Below are positions 1 to 12,500 of a DNA stretch of 64,000 bases, in pieces. The DNA lies in contig NC_134027.1 of the NCBI RefSeq assembly GCF_964204645.1, positions 4,868,485 through 4,932,484 of the forward strand. The letters run 5' to 3'. The stretch comes from Tubulanus polymorphus (taxonomy: Eukaryota > Animalia > Nemertea). Under the pieces are notes generated by a model. It searched no databases, was not told where the DNA came from, and saw only the letters and a program-made list of their open reading frames with translations. Positions within the stretch are counted from its first letter, which is position 1. The number at the start of each line of letters is the position of its first letter. The position numbers and the translations under genes are program-made.

Positions 1-628
1 ATTGACTATGAATCAGGTAAAATTATATGTGATATGAACTTCTTTGCAGGAACAGTCGACTTAAAGAAGATGGTTACGTTTATTTTATGAACTTTTGTTG
101 TAGCCAGTGGACTGTTGTTGTTAGAGATGCTCAAAACCAGAGGAAAGGAAAACATCAGAGTTCAGGAAGAATTGAGCAAATTCCGCAAGGTCCGAGTCAT
201 GAATCTGAATTGACTATAAATCAGGTAAAATTGAAATTAGATGAATTTTGTTTTTATGAAGAGTCTTATGAATGAAAATCATAGTTTATTTAGTACATTG
301 TTGTTGTAGTTAGTATTGAGTTATTCGTCACACAATACCAGATATCAAGATGGAAACGATACCGATGAAGCAGATCAATTTACTCGTGACAAACCGAAGA
401 TTTATGTGTCTGAATCTACTAAAAAGCAAGTATAATTGAAATTTATTTTGAAGAAGCCTCAAAAATGATATCATTATTCATATTTTGTGTTTTCACATTG
501 TAGTACATGTATTGAGCTTCTGGTTGGCTGTAGAATATCAGACGACAGGAAAAGATCAAATCAGAGATGCCGACCAATTTCCCCGTCAATTCGGGACTTT
601 CAGTGATTGTTACCACGGGTTAGCGTAG
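1..628 (+). CDS. Probable 3' coding exons of an unidentified gene made of repeated exon/intron units (truncated at window start)
   Basis: Three ~205-bp spaced units each have a ttgtag acceptor-like site and similar donor ends (..ACTATGAATCAG|gtaaaa at 16, ..ACTATAAATCAG|gtaaaa ~225, ..ACTAAAAAGCAA|gtataa ~429). They read LTMNQ / SELTINQ / SESTKKQ. The last unit reads ..DQIRDADQFPRQFGTFSDCYHGLA* (TAG 626-628). No family recognised. Confidence 0.4.
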
Positions 629-1005
629 TTCCGTAGATGCCGACCAATTTCTCCATCAATTCCGGACTTTCAGTGTTTGTTACCGCAAGTTATCGTAGTT
701 CCAGAGATGCCGACCAATTTCTCCGTCAAATCGGGACTTTCAATGTTTGTTACCGCGATTTATCATAGTTCCAGAGATGCCGACCAATTTCTCCGTCAAA
801 TGGGGACTTTCAGTGTTTGTTACCGCGAGTTATCGTAGTTCCAGAGATGCCGACCAATTTCTCCGTCAAATCGGGACTTTCAGTGTTTGTTACCGCGAGT
901 TATCGTAGTTCCAGAGATACCGACCAATTTCTCCGTCAAATCGGGACTTTAAGTGTTTGTTGCCGCGAGTTATCGTAGTTCCAGAGATGCCGACCAATTT
1001 CTCCG
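563..1005. repeat. 70-bp tandem minisatellite, ~6.3 copies
   Basis: Unit AGAGATGCCGACCAATTTCTCCGTCAAATCGGGACTTTCAGTGTTTGTTACCGCGAGTTATCGTAGTTCC starts at 563, 633, 703, 773, 843, 913, 983 with few substitutions and no variable spacers. Confidence 0.97.
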
Positions 1006-1577
1006 AGGCTGATAGCTTCAGTTTAGGTTGAATGTAAATTCACATTGTACATCTATTGGAAAATAAATATGAACTGATGGTTTGATTGGCTGGTTTGTTG
1101 TTGAATCTGATTGTGGGTTATCAATTACTGATGTGCTGCGACTTTGCGTTTTAAATGCATACATTTCAAAGGGCTTCTCTTGTTTTGTTGTGCTGGTTAA
1201 ATTATTTTGTAAATTATAATTGAGGATGTCAAACTTTGGTTTAGAGTATGAATGAATGCACTGTATATGTGGAGATTATGTACTTGTGACTTTGCGTTTG
1301 TTTTTGTAAATACATGTATTTCTTTAAGATGATTGTTTTTGTGTTGCATCTCATTCTGAGGATGTTAAACTCTTAACTCAAGATACTCAGTTTGCTCTTG
1401 ACTTGTTTGATTATTATATTGATGAAAACATTGATTTTATGGTGTTTGATTATCTGTTGAACTATTGTTTATGAATACCATTTGAACTACTAACCACTAG
1501 TTGTTTTAACATCAGTATCATTAGTGGTCAGTTGTTCACTACAAATTGTATGTGTTATTTTTTCTTTATATAATGTA

Positions 1578-1759
1578 CGGTGGACTCTCTTAACTAGAAT
1601 CATTTCAAGTCCAGTTACTTTTATCTTGGAGTAATGATTCTCCAAGCTTACATCAAGTTGGACATAAACACATTGAACTATTGCATTGAAATTCTTTTAT
1701 CATCTGCAGGTGACAATTATCACCTCGTCTTAATTGATTCGAGTTAGTCAGGTCTATTG
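1578..1759. mobile_element. Degenerate Tc1/mariner(pogo)-type MITE
   Basis: TA on both flanks. Left end CGGTGGACTCTCTTAACTAGAATC vs right end reverse complement CAATAGACCTGACTAACTCGAATC (decayed TIR). Confidence 0.55.
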
Positions 1760-1951
1760 TACATGGATTCTTTTTTCTCTGGAAGTGAATTAAATGAAAC
1801 GAGGCGACAGTTGAACCTCATTAATACGATTGTGTTTAGGACGTAAACCGTTTATTACGATCAGATTTCAAGCATGTCCCGGCTAATTTTCATCGATCCA
1901 TATTTTCATAATACGACAATTTCATTTTCAACAATAAGATTTGTATTTAAC

Positions 1952-1974
1952 CATAGAACTCTATGAGTTCTATG
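1952..1974. mobile_element. 23-bp hairpin insertion with 7-bp TSD (P-type transposon footprint/minimal element)
   Basis: CATAGAACTC-tat-GAGTTCTATG is a perfect 10-bp inverted repeat, flanked by direct repeat ATTTAAC (1945-1951, 1975-1981). Confidence 0.7.
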
Positions 1975-2884
1975 ATTTAACTAAGGATCCACTGTAAAAT
2001 GAGGGCTTCAAACCATTCTCACTGATGTAGAGACTTTCTTTTATTTAAGTTATCAGTCTGATTACTCCTAAATTATGCATGTATCAATCTGCCGCAGCTT
2101 GGCACTACCCTATCTGCTGAGGATACTCCAGTACCCACCCCATACCCTTCAGACACTCGTTTAGACTTTATACCTTCTACATAAACTGAAGTACTCGCTC
2201 TTCAAACGCAGCTTGAACCCTCCTCCCACCCCCTTTCAGATAGAATGTCTGGGGTCCAGGCAACAGATCGACACCTTTCTCTTGGCTTTGAGTAATCAGA
2301 CCGATCTTGTCTGATTATTCTTAAGGTCTCAGAGACTTTCATTTATTTGACTATTTATGCAGCTATCAACCTGCATTTTGGACACTGATTCCCTGCCGTT
2401 AATAGAATAATTAATTTGTCTTTTCGAAATTGTTTCCTTGAATACATTTTGTTCTACACTGAAAAATAACAGTCAGGTACGAACTCCATCGATAGTTGCT
2501 CGAGCTGTTTCTGATAGGCCCTGATGCTGAAGTAGACGATGAGCTGGGGTGTCCCAGTAATTATTCAGAGTGGTCCTGATGCAGACAAATAGGACATGGG
2601 TTGTAAAGGGGTTCTGGGTTCGAACGTAGATACCACTTATACTGGGAATGGTCCTAATGTTGAAATGAAGTCAAATAGGACTGTACGATACACTTATACA
2701 TGTAACTATTATTGCCACCTATTGGAATTTCGATAAACTATCAAATAGCTAGAATTAACTGTTGTAAATATTTGTAATGTACCAAATTTCACAAGCGCCA
2801 TCTATCGGAATATGGAATAAAATGTCTACAAACGTAGTGGATTGGCTGGTTCGAACCCATGGCATTGATTCAGAGGGCCGACTC

Positions 2885-3183
2885 CAGCGGCGGATCCAGG
2901 GGAGGGGGCACGTTCACCCCCCTAAAGTCCTCGTTAATTTTTTATGGACTGACCTTTTCGTGAGAACGAAGACAAGCATGAGAAAAATCCCTGAAAATGC
3001 GTAAACTTATGTCTTCATTTACCAGCGCTTTTATACGGCAGTCGTCGTTCTTGACGTTTCATACTCTGATTGTGCCCAGAACGCGTCTCCGCGCGTCTAA
3101 TTTTGAACAATTTTCTGGGGGAGGACCCCAGACTCCCTATTTGGATTTGTGCACCCCTCCATGAAATCCTGGATCCGCCGCTG
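2885..3183. mobile_element. MITE, 16-bp perfect TIR, 5-bp TSD
   Basis: CAGCGGCGGATCCAGG ... CCTGGATCCGCCGCTG, with GACTC directly on both sides (2880-2884, 3184-3188). GC-rich subterminal regions; no ORF. Confidence 0.9.
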
Positions 3184-3406
3184 GACTCTTATCATCACAG
3201 CCGGGTTGATATCTAAATAATCCGGGAATTTGATCAGACGGTGGCCTAGCTAAATCAGTTTTGGTGGAACTAAAAGTCTTAATAGGACCAGAAAGCACAG
3301 GCAGTTGAACAAAAACATCGTTTTTTAATCCATTCTTCCCTGTATTGCAAAAGACGGTGCGGGTGAACTGAATCGAACTCTGAGATTCCGCCTCCCGTCA
3401 GAAACC

Positions 3407-4305
3407 TAAGGCGCATTTGTTTAAAACCGGTTTGTACAAACCGAAACCGGTTTGTGAGAAAATCGTCTTTCTTCATACCGGTTTACAAACCGGTTTGCAT
3501 TAACTGGCGGCGTCATCGACGGTTCGCGCAAAACCGACTGAACCGCTTTTGCGAGCGGTTTGCGACATCAAACCGACTTTTCCAACATGGCCGAATAAGG
3601 AAATTTCCGCGGTCAGCTGACTCAAACCGACTTGGATATATGCACAGTTATCTGAATTACTATTATCATTAAAAGAAAAACTAGAGATCAGATCGAAAGA
3701 CAAGTTCCCTTGGATAGCTTCACAAACCACACACAAACTTAATGAAGCCGTTAAATCACTACAGATCACGCCAACGTCCTCCGATTACCATCTTCGCTTG
3801 CCAGGGGTCCAGTATCACTCCCGAACTCGCTTCCACCAGCCCCCTGGCCTCACGAAGCGTGATTTCATTACTGGCGCTGTTGCGTATGACGTCATATATC
3901 GATTTGCGAAATACTTCCTTGTTCGGTAAAACGTTCGCTGATTGGTCAATTTAACGGGAAAACTAACAGAAGTCTACTGTCGGTTTGTTACAAGCGCTGT
4001 GATTGGTAGGACCGGATTCTGGTCGGCTAGTAACGACTCCAACGACTCGTGAGGTCAAGGGGTTCGGGGAACAGCTTTAGCGTAGTGGGTTCGAATCCCT
4101 TGACGGGTGAAGATGTCCGATTACAAACAAACTCCACCGATTAAGGTTTATAACTCAAACCTTAAGATGTAAGGCTTTCGTCAGCCGCCTCTCCATACGG
4201 TGTAATATTGCCAGTTTTTCAGTTAGTCTAAACCCACGGCTAACTACAGGTTCGAATCAAACACTCGTTTGAATCGGATTGAAACCAATAAATTCTTGCG
4301 CCATA
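3407..4305. repeat. Probable decayed non-autonomous DNA element with AAACCGGTTT subterminal palindromes
   Basis: Multiple AAACCGGTTT/AAACCGA motifs at 3424-3630. Ends TAAGGCGCA.. and ..TGCGCCATA are roughly inverted. GC content is higher than in the flanks. Confidence 0.35.
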
Positions 4306-5831
4306 TACTAATGAGCCAGAAAATCCTCAATTCGAATGACCCGCAGCCTCTTCGAAATCCAATTCGCCATCTGTTTTCACTTTTATGTTTCCTCATAAAA
4401 CAAACTTATCTTGAAATATAAAGCTCAAATAGATTTATGAATATATTGAACACAGGAACTGTTCTTTGGCGCAGTCAGTGCGGCTCGCCATGATTGTGTC
4501 TTTTATATTAAGCCTACGTAATCTTGTGATTTTTTCATGATATAGACAGTTACCGAAAACGTAGATCTGAACTTTGCCTCCAGAAATAATTCCAATTGTT
4601 TGTGGGAAAATAGATGACTCTTTTTTGTATCTCGTTCTAAATATTGTATGAATATATTTGGCCGTGGAATCTGCTGCCAAGATCGATCAACCCAAAACCC
4701 CGATACATCAAGATGTAAATCGAACCAAGAAATATTTATATGTTGCGATCTACAATATTTTTCATATTTCATAACACTGCTGCCTCCGGGTTGATGAACT
4801 TAAAATATGCTCCTCTTCTTCCCGAATAAGAAAAAAACATAACAAAAATATGCATCGAGTTATAGTGTATTTGATGTAATCATAAAACATGAACGTCATC
4901 AGTTTGTGTATACGCCACAGGGACAGGCATTTATATGATTAATTCCGTTTGGTAAACACCTACGCCAGCAGAAGATTACGATTTGTAAATTTACCAATAT
5001 TCTAGTACATTACATATATTATTTCGTCCGATCAAAAATATTCTATGGGATAGATATATATTATTCATTTAAGTACTAAATTGCCACATTTATGTACTTC
5101 GTAATCTCAAACAAAAATATTCACATTCACGTCATCGGGGCAACCTCACAGATTTTGGGTGCAATACAACAGTAAAGTTTTAGGGACATTAAGGTGTTAC
5201 TTTATTCATCTTAAATCTATGTTTAAATTTTTCAATTATCGTAGTGAAATGGTTACTCGTCGTTTACCTTAGGAACAACCAACCTTACATTGCAGCTGAA
5301 TTGACAAATTTAAAAATGCTCGCTTGGTTCCTGTGAACAAATGGTCCGAAATATTTTAGAATAAAGGAGTATAGTGCTTACTGAGTGGGACTTTGATTGT
5401 CTTCCAACACATTACCTACTCGACGATCATCGAATTATTTATCAATTTTGATCTCGATGAGGTTTTAGCGGGTAGACACACGTGTAAAAGAGATTCGAAC
5501 GAGAAACATTATAAAGACATTCTATGTTTAATGATAAACCCCTGCACAGATATCGTCTGAAAATATTGACGTCATAATCAAGCAGGTGGCCGTTTCTCAA
5601 AAATACATATTGTGACAACTTCAACAACTTTGATGTAGATGAATTAAGAAGTCTAACAGCCATCATCAGATGGAATGATTTAATCATCAGGTGGAATGAT
5701 TGCACCCGATGATGACCGTTAATCAGCAGCCGTCAACGGCGTTGTGGTTTCGTTTTAGCAAATTTCATCATTATACACTTCTATTATATGATACTTCGAA
5801 ATTCATCTACAGTTAACAGGGATAAGAGTGT

Positions 5832-5837
5832 TTTATT
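5832..5837 (-). terminator. Candidate polyadenylation signal of the neuropeptide gene
   Basis: AATAAA on - strand ~710 nt downstream of the stop at 6549. Confidence 0.4.
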
Positions 5838-6548
5838 CGACTACTAATTTGATAAGTGTGTTAGGGGAATATCATGTGATATGTACAACGTATTTGAATA
5901 GTTTATATTAACACATGGAATGAACAGAATGATAATAACTGATTTTAATGCAGTATCTGATTGTGGGTATTACGTGATCTCGTGACATGTTCAGTTAAAG
6001 TTCCTAAGACGTTGGATCTCTAGTCTTCATCGCGTTTCTCTAGGATTTTGATTAGATGCCCTGCAACCATATTTCGTGATCCGCAATCTCTTTTCAGAAC
6101 CGAATGATTCGCCCGTTAATAATGTCAGCAGTGCCCGAAAATCTCCTCGATATTTGTGCTCCAGATTAAACCGTCGGCAAGTGAATCTTCCACATCACGA
6201 GCGCAAGTTTAAGTTCAAGTTCTCCACGGTAGAAACCGCATCAGACGGCAATTTAATAATCACACTGAATATGAATCGTTCGGATGTTTCTGTCATACAC
6301 AATATTCGTAGATAGATGCCGAAAACTGCGAATTCGTAGGTTGAAAAATGTTGCTTAATTACGGTAAAAGTTTGGCATGCCGCCGAGTAATAATCATAGA
6401 TAATTATAGAATATGTCCCAGTGGCGCATTTCAAATACGAACTTAGTAACGTTAGACTTTATGAGCACGGACAAAACACAACGACGCTCTCGATCGATCA
6501 AATCAAGAAGGCGTTTGCCTTCTTTTTGGCCAAAATGAGGAAGGTTGT

Positions 6549-9500
6549 TCATCTTCCCATTCCAAACATGTAACGGAAGTGGTCAATGCGACCGCCCCGT
6601 TGCCGAATGTTGGTAGAATCACCTCCACCGAATCCTACGCGTCTCTGTTTAGCCGGCCATAGTTTCAATAATCGAGCTCTTTTGCTGCCAAGAGCTCGAT
6701 TTTTATGCTTAAAAAAGTTCAGTATACGGCGCTTTATGGATTTTAAATCTTCAAGGCGACGATCGTCTTCGGTAACGTCGGATCCGGGTTCCATCGAGGA
6801 ATCCTGCTGGGATTCTCCCCCGTCATGATAATCGGCCGAATACGGTACACCAAAAACACGATTGAAAGCATTGCCACTTTCAAAATTCATAAATCCTTGA
6901 CGCTCTAATTTTCTCAACTGTTCTAAATCCAATTCATGAAAATCGATGGGTAGTTGTATTTTCTCCCGACTACTGAGGGCTATCATTTTTTTCCTGAGTT
7001 CAACTAGCTTGTTTTGCGAGTTTCCTACAGAGCTCCGTTTGCCCAAGCCGAACCTATATCGATACATATCGATACGTGAGCGTTTACCAGAATCAGGACT
7101 GACGAACAGAGGATTTCGTTTAACGTTGCTCGCTGGAGATTTTGTGATATCGAGCAGTCCACTATGGGAGTATACGTCTGATGTCTTATGCATATCAGAT
7201 GAGGTACTACGTTTTTCAATTTCACTTTGCCCCGCAACACTCTTGATTGCTGTCGTCGGGTTTGATACATCGGGATACTGATGTTTCCAAGTTTCTGTAA
7301 TAGAGAAAGAAGATTCCATTATAACTTAAATGTACAGTACATCACCCAAGATCTGATATTCGGATCGGGACTGTTGCTGACGTTCTAAACAGAAAAAAAA
7401 AACGATGATGGGAATTCAGTCGGCGACAGACCACGACGGTCGTCGCGAAATATCAATCTAGATAAATCACTCTTACGGAGCATTTCACGTGAAGAGATCG
7501 TCAAAAATTCATTCGTTCTATTGATTCCGTCACATGGCAATGATAAATCATTTCTCAAAACTATAGGATTATAAAGTTAACACCAAATAGCTCTTCGATA
7601 ATACGATGAAATTGAAATTCGTACAATCTGCCATCGTGTTTTATAGACATCCTTTTTTCATGCGTAGGTGAATAGAGGAGTGACTATGACTATTTCCCGC
7701 TAGACCTGTAGGCTTATCTACGACATGATTTCTTCGGGAAACAATTATAAACAGTCCTACACTGTTTTGCTATAATTCTATTAGGTCGTTGTCAACTAAA
7801 AGCAGTTGTGCGATATCCATCAATTTAGTAACGTTCTCATTTGAGTGACGTAAACTCTTTGACCAGACGATTCAAGAATCCTTTCATGTGTCTAGTGTAA
7901 TTGCGTAAATACCGATAACAGAGACAATCTGCAACGATTTACAATATTTTTGATGGTCGGAATTATCAGAACGAAGACTTACATCGTGAGCGATTGTATT
8001 GATAAACTGAAGGAGTCATATCGGTTTAACGACATATCTGAAATCTTAAACATTTAAAGCCTCTTTTACATAAGATTCCGGAAAAGGTAATGTAAGTGAT
8101 TTTAGTTGGTACACATACCACGCGCACAGTACACATCGTGCGTTACTGGTCGTTTCTTAGTTTTTCTACCCGAGGAACTTGAGCAATATTACCCGATAAT
8201 GGATCGGTAATATGTGGATTAATTGCTTTTTTAATGTATCCGTGAACATATGATAATTTGAACCATAATCCATATGATTATAGGCTATATGAAACATAAA
8301 GATACGTATTTATAATATGATGATCCTATTCTCGATTTATTGATTGTAAATGTAACAGTCTTTATCATTTTAAAAACTTTTTTCGGCAACATTGCATTGA
8401 TGTAAACTGTCGGTCATTTAACTGATAACATTCACTGTATAATGACTATCACGGACGAACATTTATCGCGTTTTTTTTTTGCAACACGACCTTAATCATT
8501 GGTGGTTCGATAGCGTAAATCGAGTGTCGATGATAAAAAAAAGTGAGAGCAGCACCGAGCACGTGTGTGTAGTGTGTATGCTTGTGGCTGTAACTCCCGC
8601 GAGATTGCCGTTAAGATCAACGATAGCGTGGAACAAGAGAGCGATAACTTCTTATCTCGCGTCCATTCTTTGCTGTGTAATTATCCTGGGTCGCTACCCG
8701 TAAAATAACATCCTCCGCTCAACGCTTTACTGATTGTCAGCTACTCCCTCGGCGAGGCTTCGAAAAACCGCCACTAGTTGGCTGATTAAGCGTGTTTTAT
8801 ACCTCGCCCCTCGAAAACCCACCACATTCGTTCTCTATATCCGCACCTGATTAGTGCAGTGATGGATTTACAAATGACTAACATACCATTGCGTATATGA
8901 ATTATTAGGAGGGGTCAGTTCGCCTACTTGTAATAACTGGTCATTCGTACGGCCATTCGGTCATATAGACACATCCATATAAGTCGTTATTCTTGCCATA
9001 TAAATACTAATTAGCAAGCTACAACGCAGTAAAATGCTGCAAATGCACGCGAAATATATTGTATAATCGTGTCACGTTGTAGCACCTACCGAATCTTTTT
9101 GGCGTTTTTTCAACGTAAATTCGTTGATCCGGATCTCCAATCTAATCTATAGTCATTACAAATTGGATAATCTTGTATCAGGAAGATATAATTACCACGC
9201 ATTTATTCTAGGATTTAAGAAAAAATAACGCTAATCGAACGAAATGGCTCTTCGTATTTTAAGAGCAATTTAAGTGTTAATCACAGGTGTCAAAATCATA
9301 TCGTGTTTAAGCGTATTCGTTTCGTGTTAGACTTTGACATGGATCCGGTTTTCGAGGCAGCTACACCTGCCCGAAAACACGATAATATATGATATGTTCA
9401 AAATAGTATCATATAGCATCAGTTTGTTTAATGATCAAAATTCCTTTAAAAAATCAGATTTTTCCACTTTCTGTTTAGGCCTACTGTTAGAGTTAAAATC

Positions 9501-12500
9501 TGTGTATTGCTATGGGTATTAACATTTTATTTTGGAGTAATCATCTCGACCATGATAGGAATACAGGAGTTCATGTAGCACACCAGACTTTGTAAAATCA
9601 GTTTCTGTACAATTTCTGTCCGGTCCTCTTTTACTTCTTGTACTTTTTCAAATCAAGTTGCAGCATTTACTGCTCGATTTTATGACTTGCCGCGACAAGC
9701 GCAAATTGCCGTTAGCCAATACACATACACATAATGAAAAAACCTCGGAAATAACACATCGTATAATCAGGTTTTTTAAAGCACCGCTGTAGCCCTAGTT
9801 CGTTATGACACCCGCGCACGCGGTGGACTGCCTTCTAAATCAATGAACCTGTTAATTTAGCAATTTCATATTTCTGAAGTGAAGACATAAAACAGCCATC
9901 AGCAAAACCGGCAAAAGGAAACAGATCTACTCGAGTCGCAGCGATAACAGAGGTGACAAATTGCGATTCAATAAATATAATGTGACTTGCCTTTGGAAGT
10001 CGTTACCTGTTTAAGTATGTTTCATATTTACACATTTATTACTCTATATTATATCTTTTTTGATCGCACTGCGCCGGGACGAAGCTTGTTGACTATATCG
10101 GTCATCTAACAGGTCAATAATCTCTAAGAAAGTCAAAGGCGGGGACGTGAGGATGTGAGGATATATGAAATATAATCATGCGTCCAAGTTATCATCCCTA
10201 TAATGATCAGCCATAGATGCTGGGTTTGTGCTAATCATATAGTGACAACGCGGACTAGTAATAACAGGTTCAAGTAACAATATTCGGAGAAATCTATAGG
10301 GAGTATGAAGTATGTCGATGTTAAGATACTGAATCAATCCTCGATTTACTCATTTTAAGACGAAAATGATGCATTTATTAAAGCGACCCGCTTTCCGTTC
10401 ATGCTATGGTGTATATTTGAATTGAAGAAGAAAACCGCAATTGAAAGAAAAACTATGAGAGAATTTTGAAATATCGATTCAAATCGAAAATTGAGTCGAA
10501 ACGTCGAACTGCTCTCATAGTTTATGAAAAAGATAATTACAGGTTTTTCAACTGCTTCAATCTGGATTTTCTCCGTATATCTATAACACTTAACGCATGC
10601 TCCTAATACTAATCACTGTCATGTATACCTCCTATCTCCAACTCGTATTACTCAACATTCCTTAATAAATCAGGTGCCATTTACTACATCGCATCCCTTT
10701 AATGTAATCTTGCGGTGCGTTATACCGGTATTGGTCGAAAAGGGCCGAATGATTTTAGTAAAACCTATTGTTATTAACAACAATATACATTATATACAAA
10801 AAATGATCTAAGGCGTGTATTTCGAAGTGATGAATATTCGATGAATCGTGTAAATCCATGATATGATTATTTGACCGGGCGGAAGTTAGTCTTTCGCGGC
10901 ACCTCTACCGACGGAAGTTACCGATTCACGAATTGCGCTTACGGCCCACATTATAAGTTTATCTTTATGTTTATCCTAGCTGGTTGCGCCGATGGCAGTT
11001 CGCTAACCTCCATTACCAACTTGTCGGCTGTTTACAGTGTAACTTCAAATTGTTTTACAGGTAGGGAGTTGACACCAAACCTGTGCCGTAATGAGCTCAA
11101 TAAAAACATGAAGGTAAAACCGAAGAGGCGTCGTAGCACTGATATAGTATTGCTAGGAGCGTATTGTCTGATGGGCACGTAAGTCAAGAGCGCTGGCTGT
11201 TTTTGTTGGTGAGAGTAAAGACATGAAAGGCGACAGTTGCGATGTAAATTGCTTTAGAACAGCCATCGATGGTTTTATTGTAGTAACTGGGATCCAACAT
11301 CACGCAACCAAATAACATCATCACGACATCTGAAAAGCACGACTAATCTCAGTAGAATCGGGATTGAAAAGCAACGTACATTAGAGTTATCGCGCGGTGT
11401 TTTATTGTTTTATTCAAATCCAACACACATGAACAATACGCGAATTGCCAAATTCACGTACACGTACAGGGTTAACTGGGCGAACATTACGGATCGGAAT
11501 CACAGGACTTTGAAACACCCTTAGAACTTATAGTTTTACGTATAACCTCGTAAAGCTATGTTATTTGCGCATGCACCGCATATGATTTTCATTGAGAAAA
11601 ACATTTTGATTTGGTATCAACAGAAAATCATGACCGTATATAGCAGGGTATGCGTACGTTAACATTGCATTCAATTTCAAAATCTGGATAGAAATGCCGG
11701 ATATTTCAAAGGACTTTTAATTGCGTGTTGCCCACGCGTGTATGATAATAATCTGTTGGTGTTTACTACACAATGTGTTTCTCCATCACTCATTATCTCC
11801 TTCATTCGATCGTCTTTGTTCGATAAACGACGTGAAATTAAAATCACTGTAACAATTATTATTTGCACGCCCGTGCTTGTCAGCGATTGTTGTTTATGAC
11901 ATGAACTATAATCGTCAGTCAAGAAAATCTGCTAATTCAAGACTATTTCTGAAAACTGATGAAAACTGATCGTGATCGAAAATGATAGAAATTCTATTGT
12001 TAATAGATAACGCGTTTGAAGGGCGTTTGCATTTTCGACCATTTTCGTCACAATCAAATTCATGACTATTAGGATCCGGTCGAAACGTCGAAAATGAATC
12101 TAACCTTATCGGACACCTTTTCCCTTTTTTGGTGTAGGGTTTTCTGTATTACAATCATCAGTTGCAAAAATAGTTACGTTGTCAAATATAGACTATGGAA
12201 CGTTGATTACTAAAATTCTGTTTATAACCACGGAACAATGAAAATATATCAACTGCATGCTTTTGAATTTACTAAAGCCATGTTTGTGGGATGATCAATA
12301 TAGATGCATGATTATGGATATTATCAAAAATACATCCTCTTTGTGTTTTCGATGTAACGCGTAGGTGTCCGGTGTACCGTTTGTTTCCGTTTAAGTTGCG
12401 TTTTCTTCATATAACTGATGTTTGATCAACATGTTAATTCATTTTTTTTCGTTAAAACTATAGACTCGTCATATTATTCTAGTTTTGCTCGTGCCCAAAT

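Noticed and set aside
563-1005. CRISPR-like array
   Set aside because: Units are contiguous 70-bp near-identical copies with no unique spacers, no cas genes, and a eukaryotic context.
4055-4110. tRNA gene
   Set aside because: Only a B-box-like word; no complete cloverleaf could be folded.
7295-7384. Neuropeptide start at ATG 7319 or acceptor at 7384
   Set aside because: ATG 7319 gives no signal peptide and lies just upstream of a strong polypyrimidine acceptor. Reading through from 7384 hits an in-frame TAA; a 39-nt mini-exon would need a 51-nt intron and cannot be supported.
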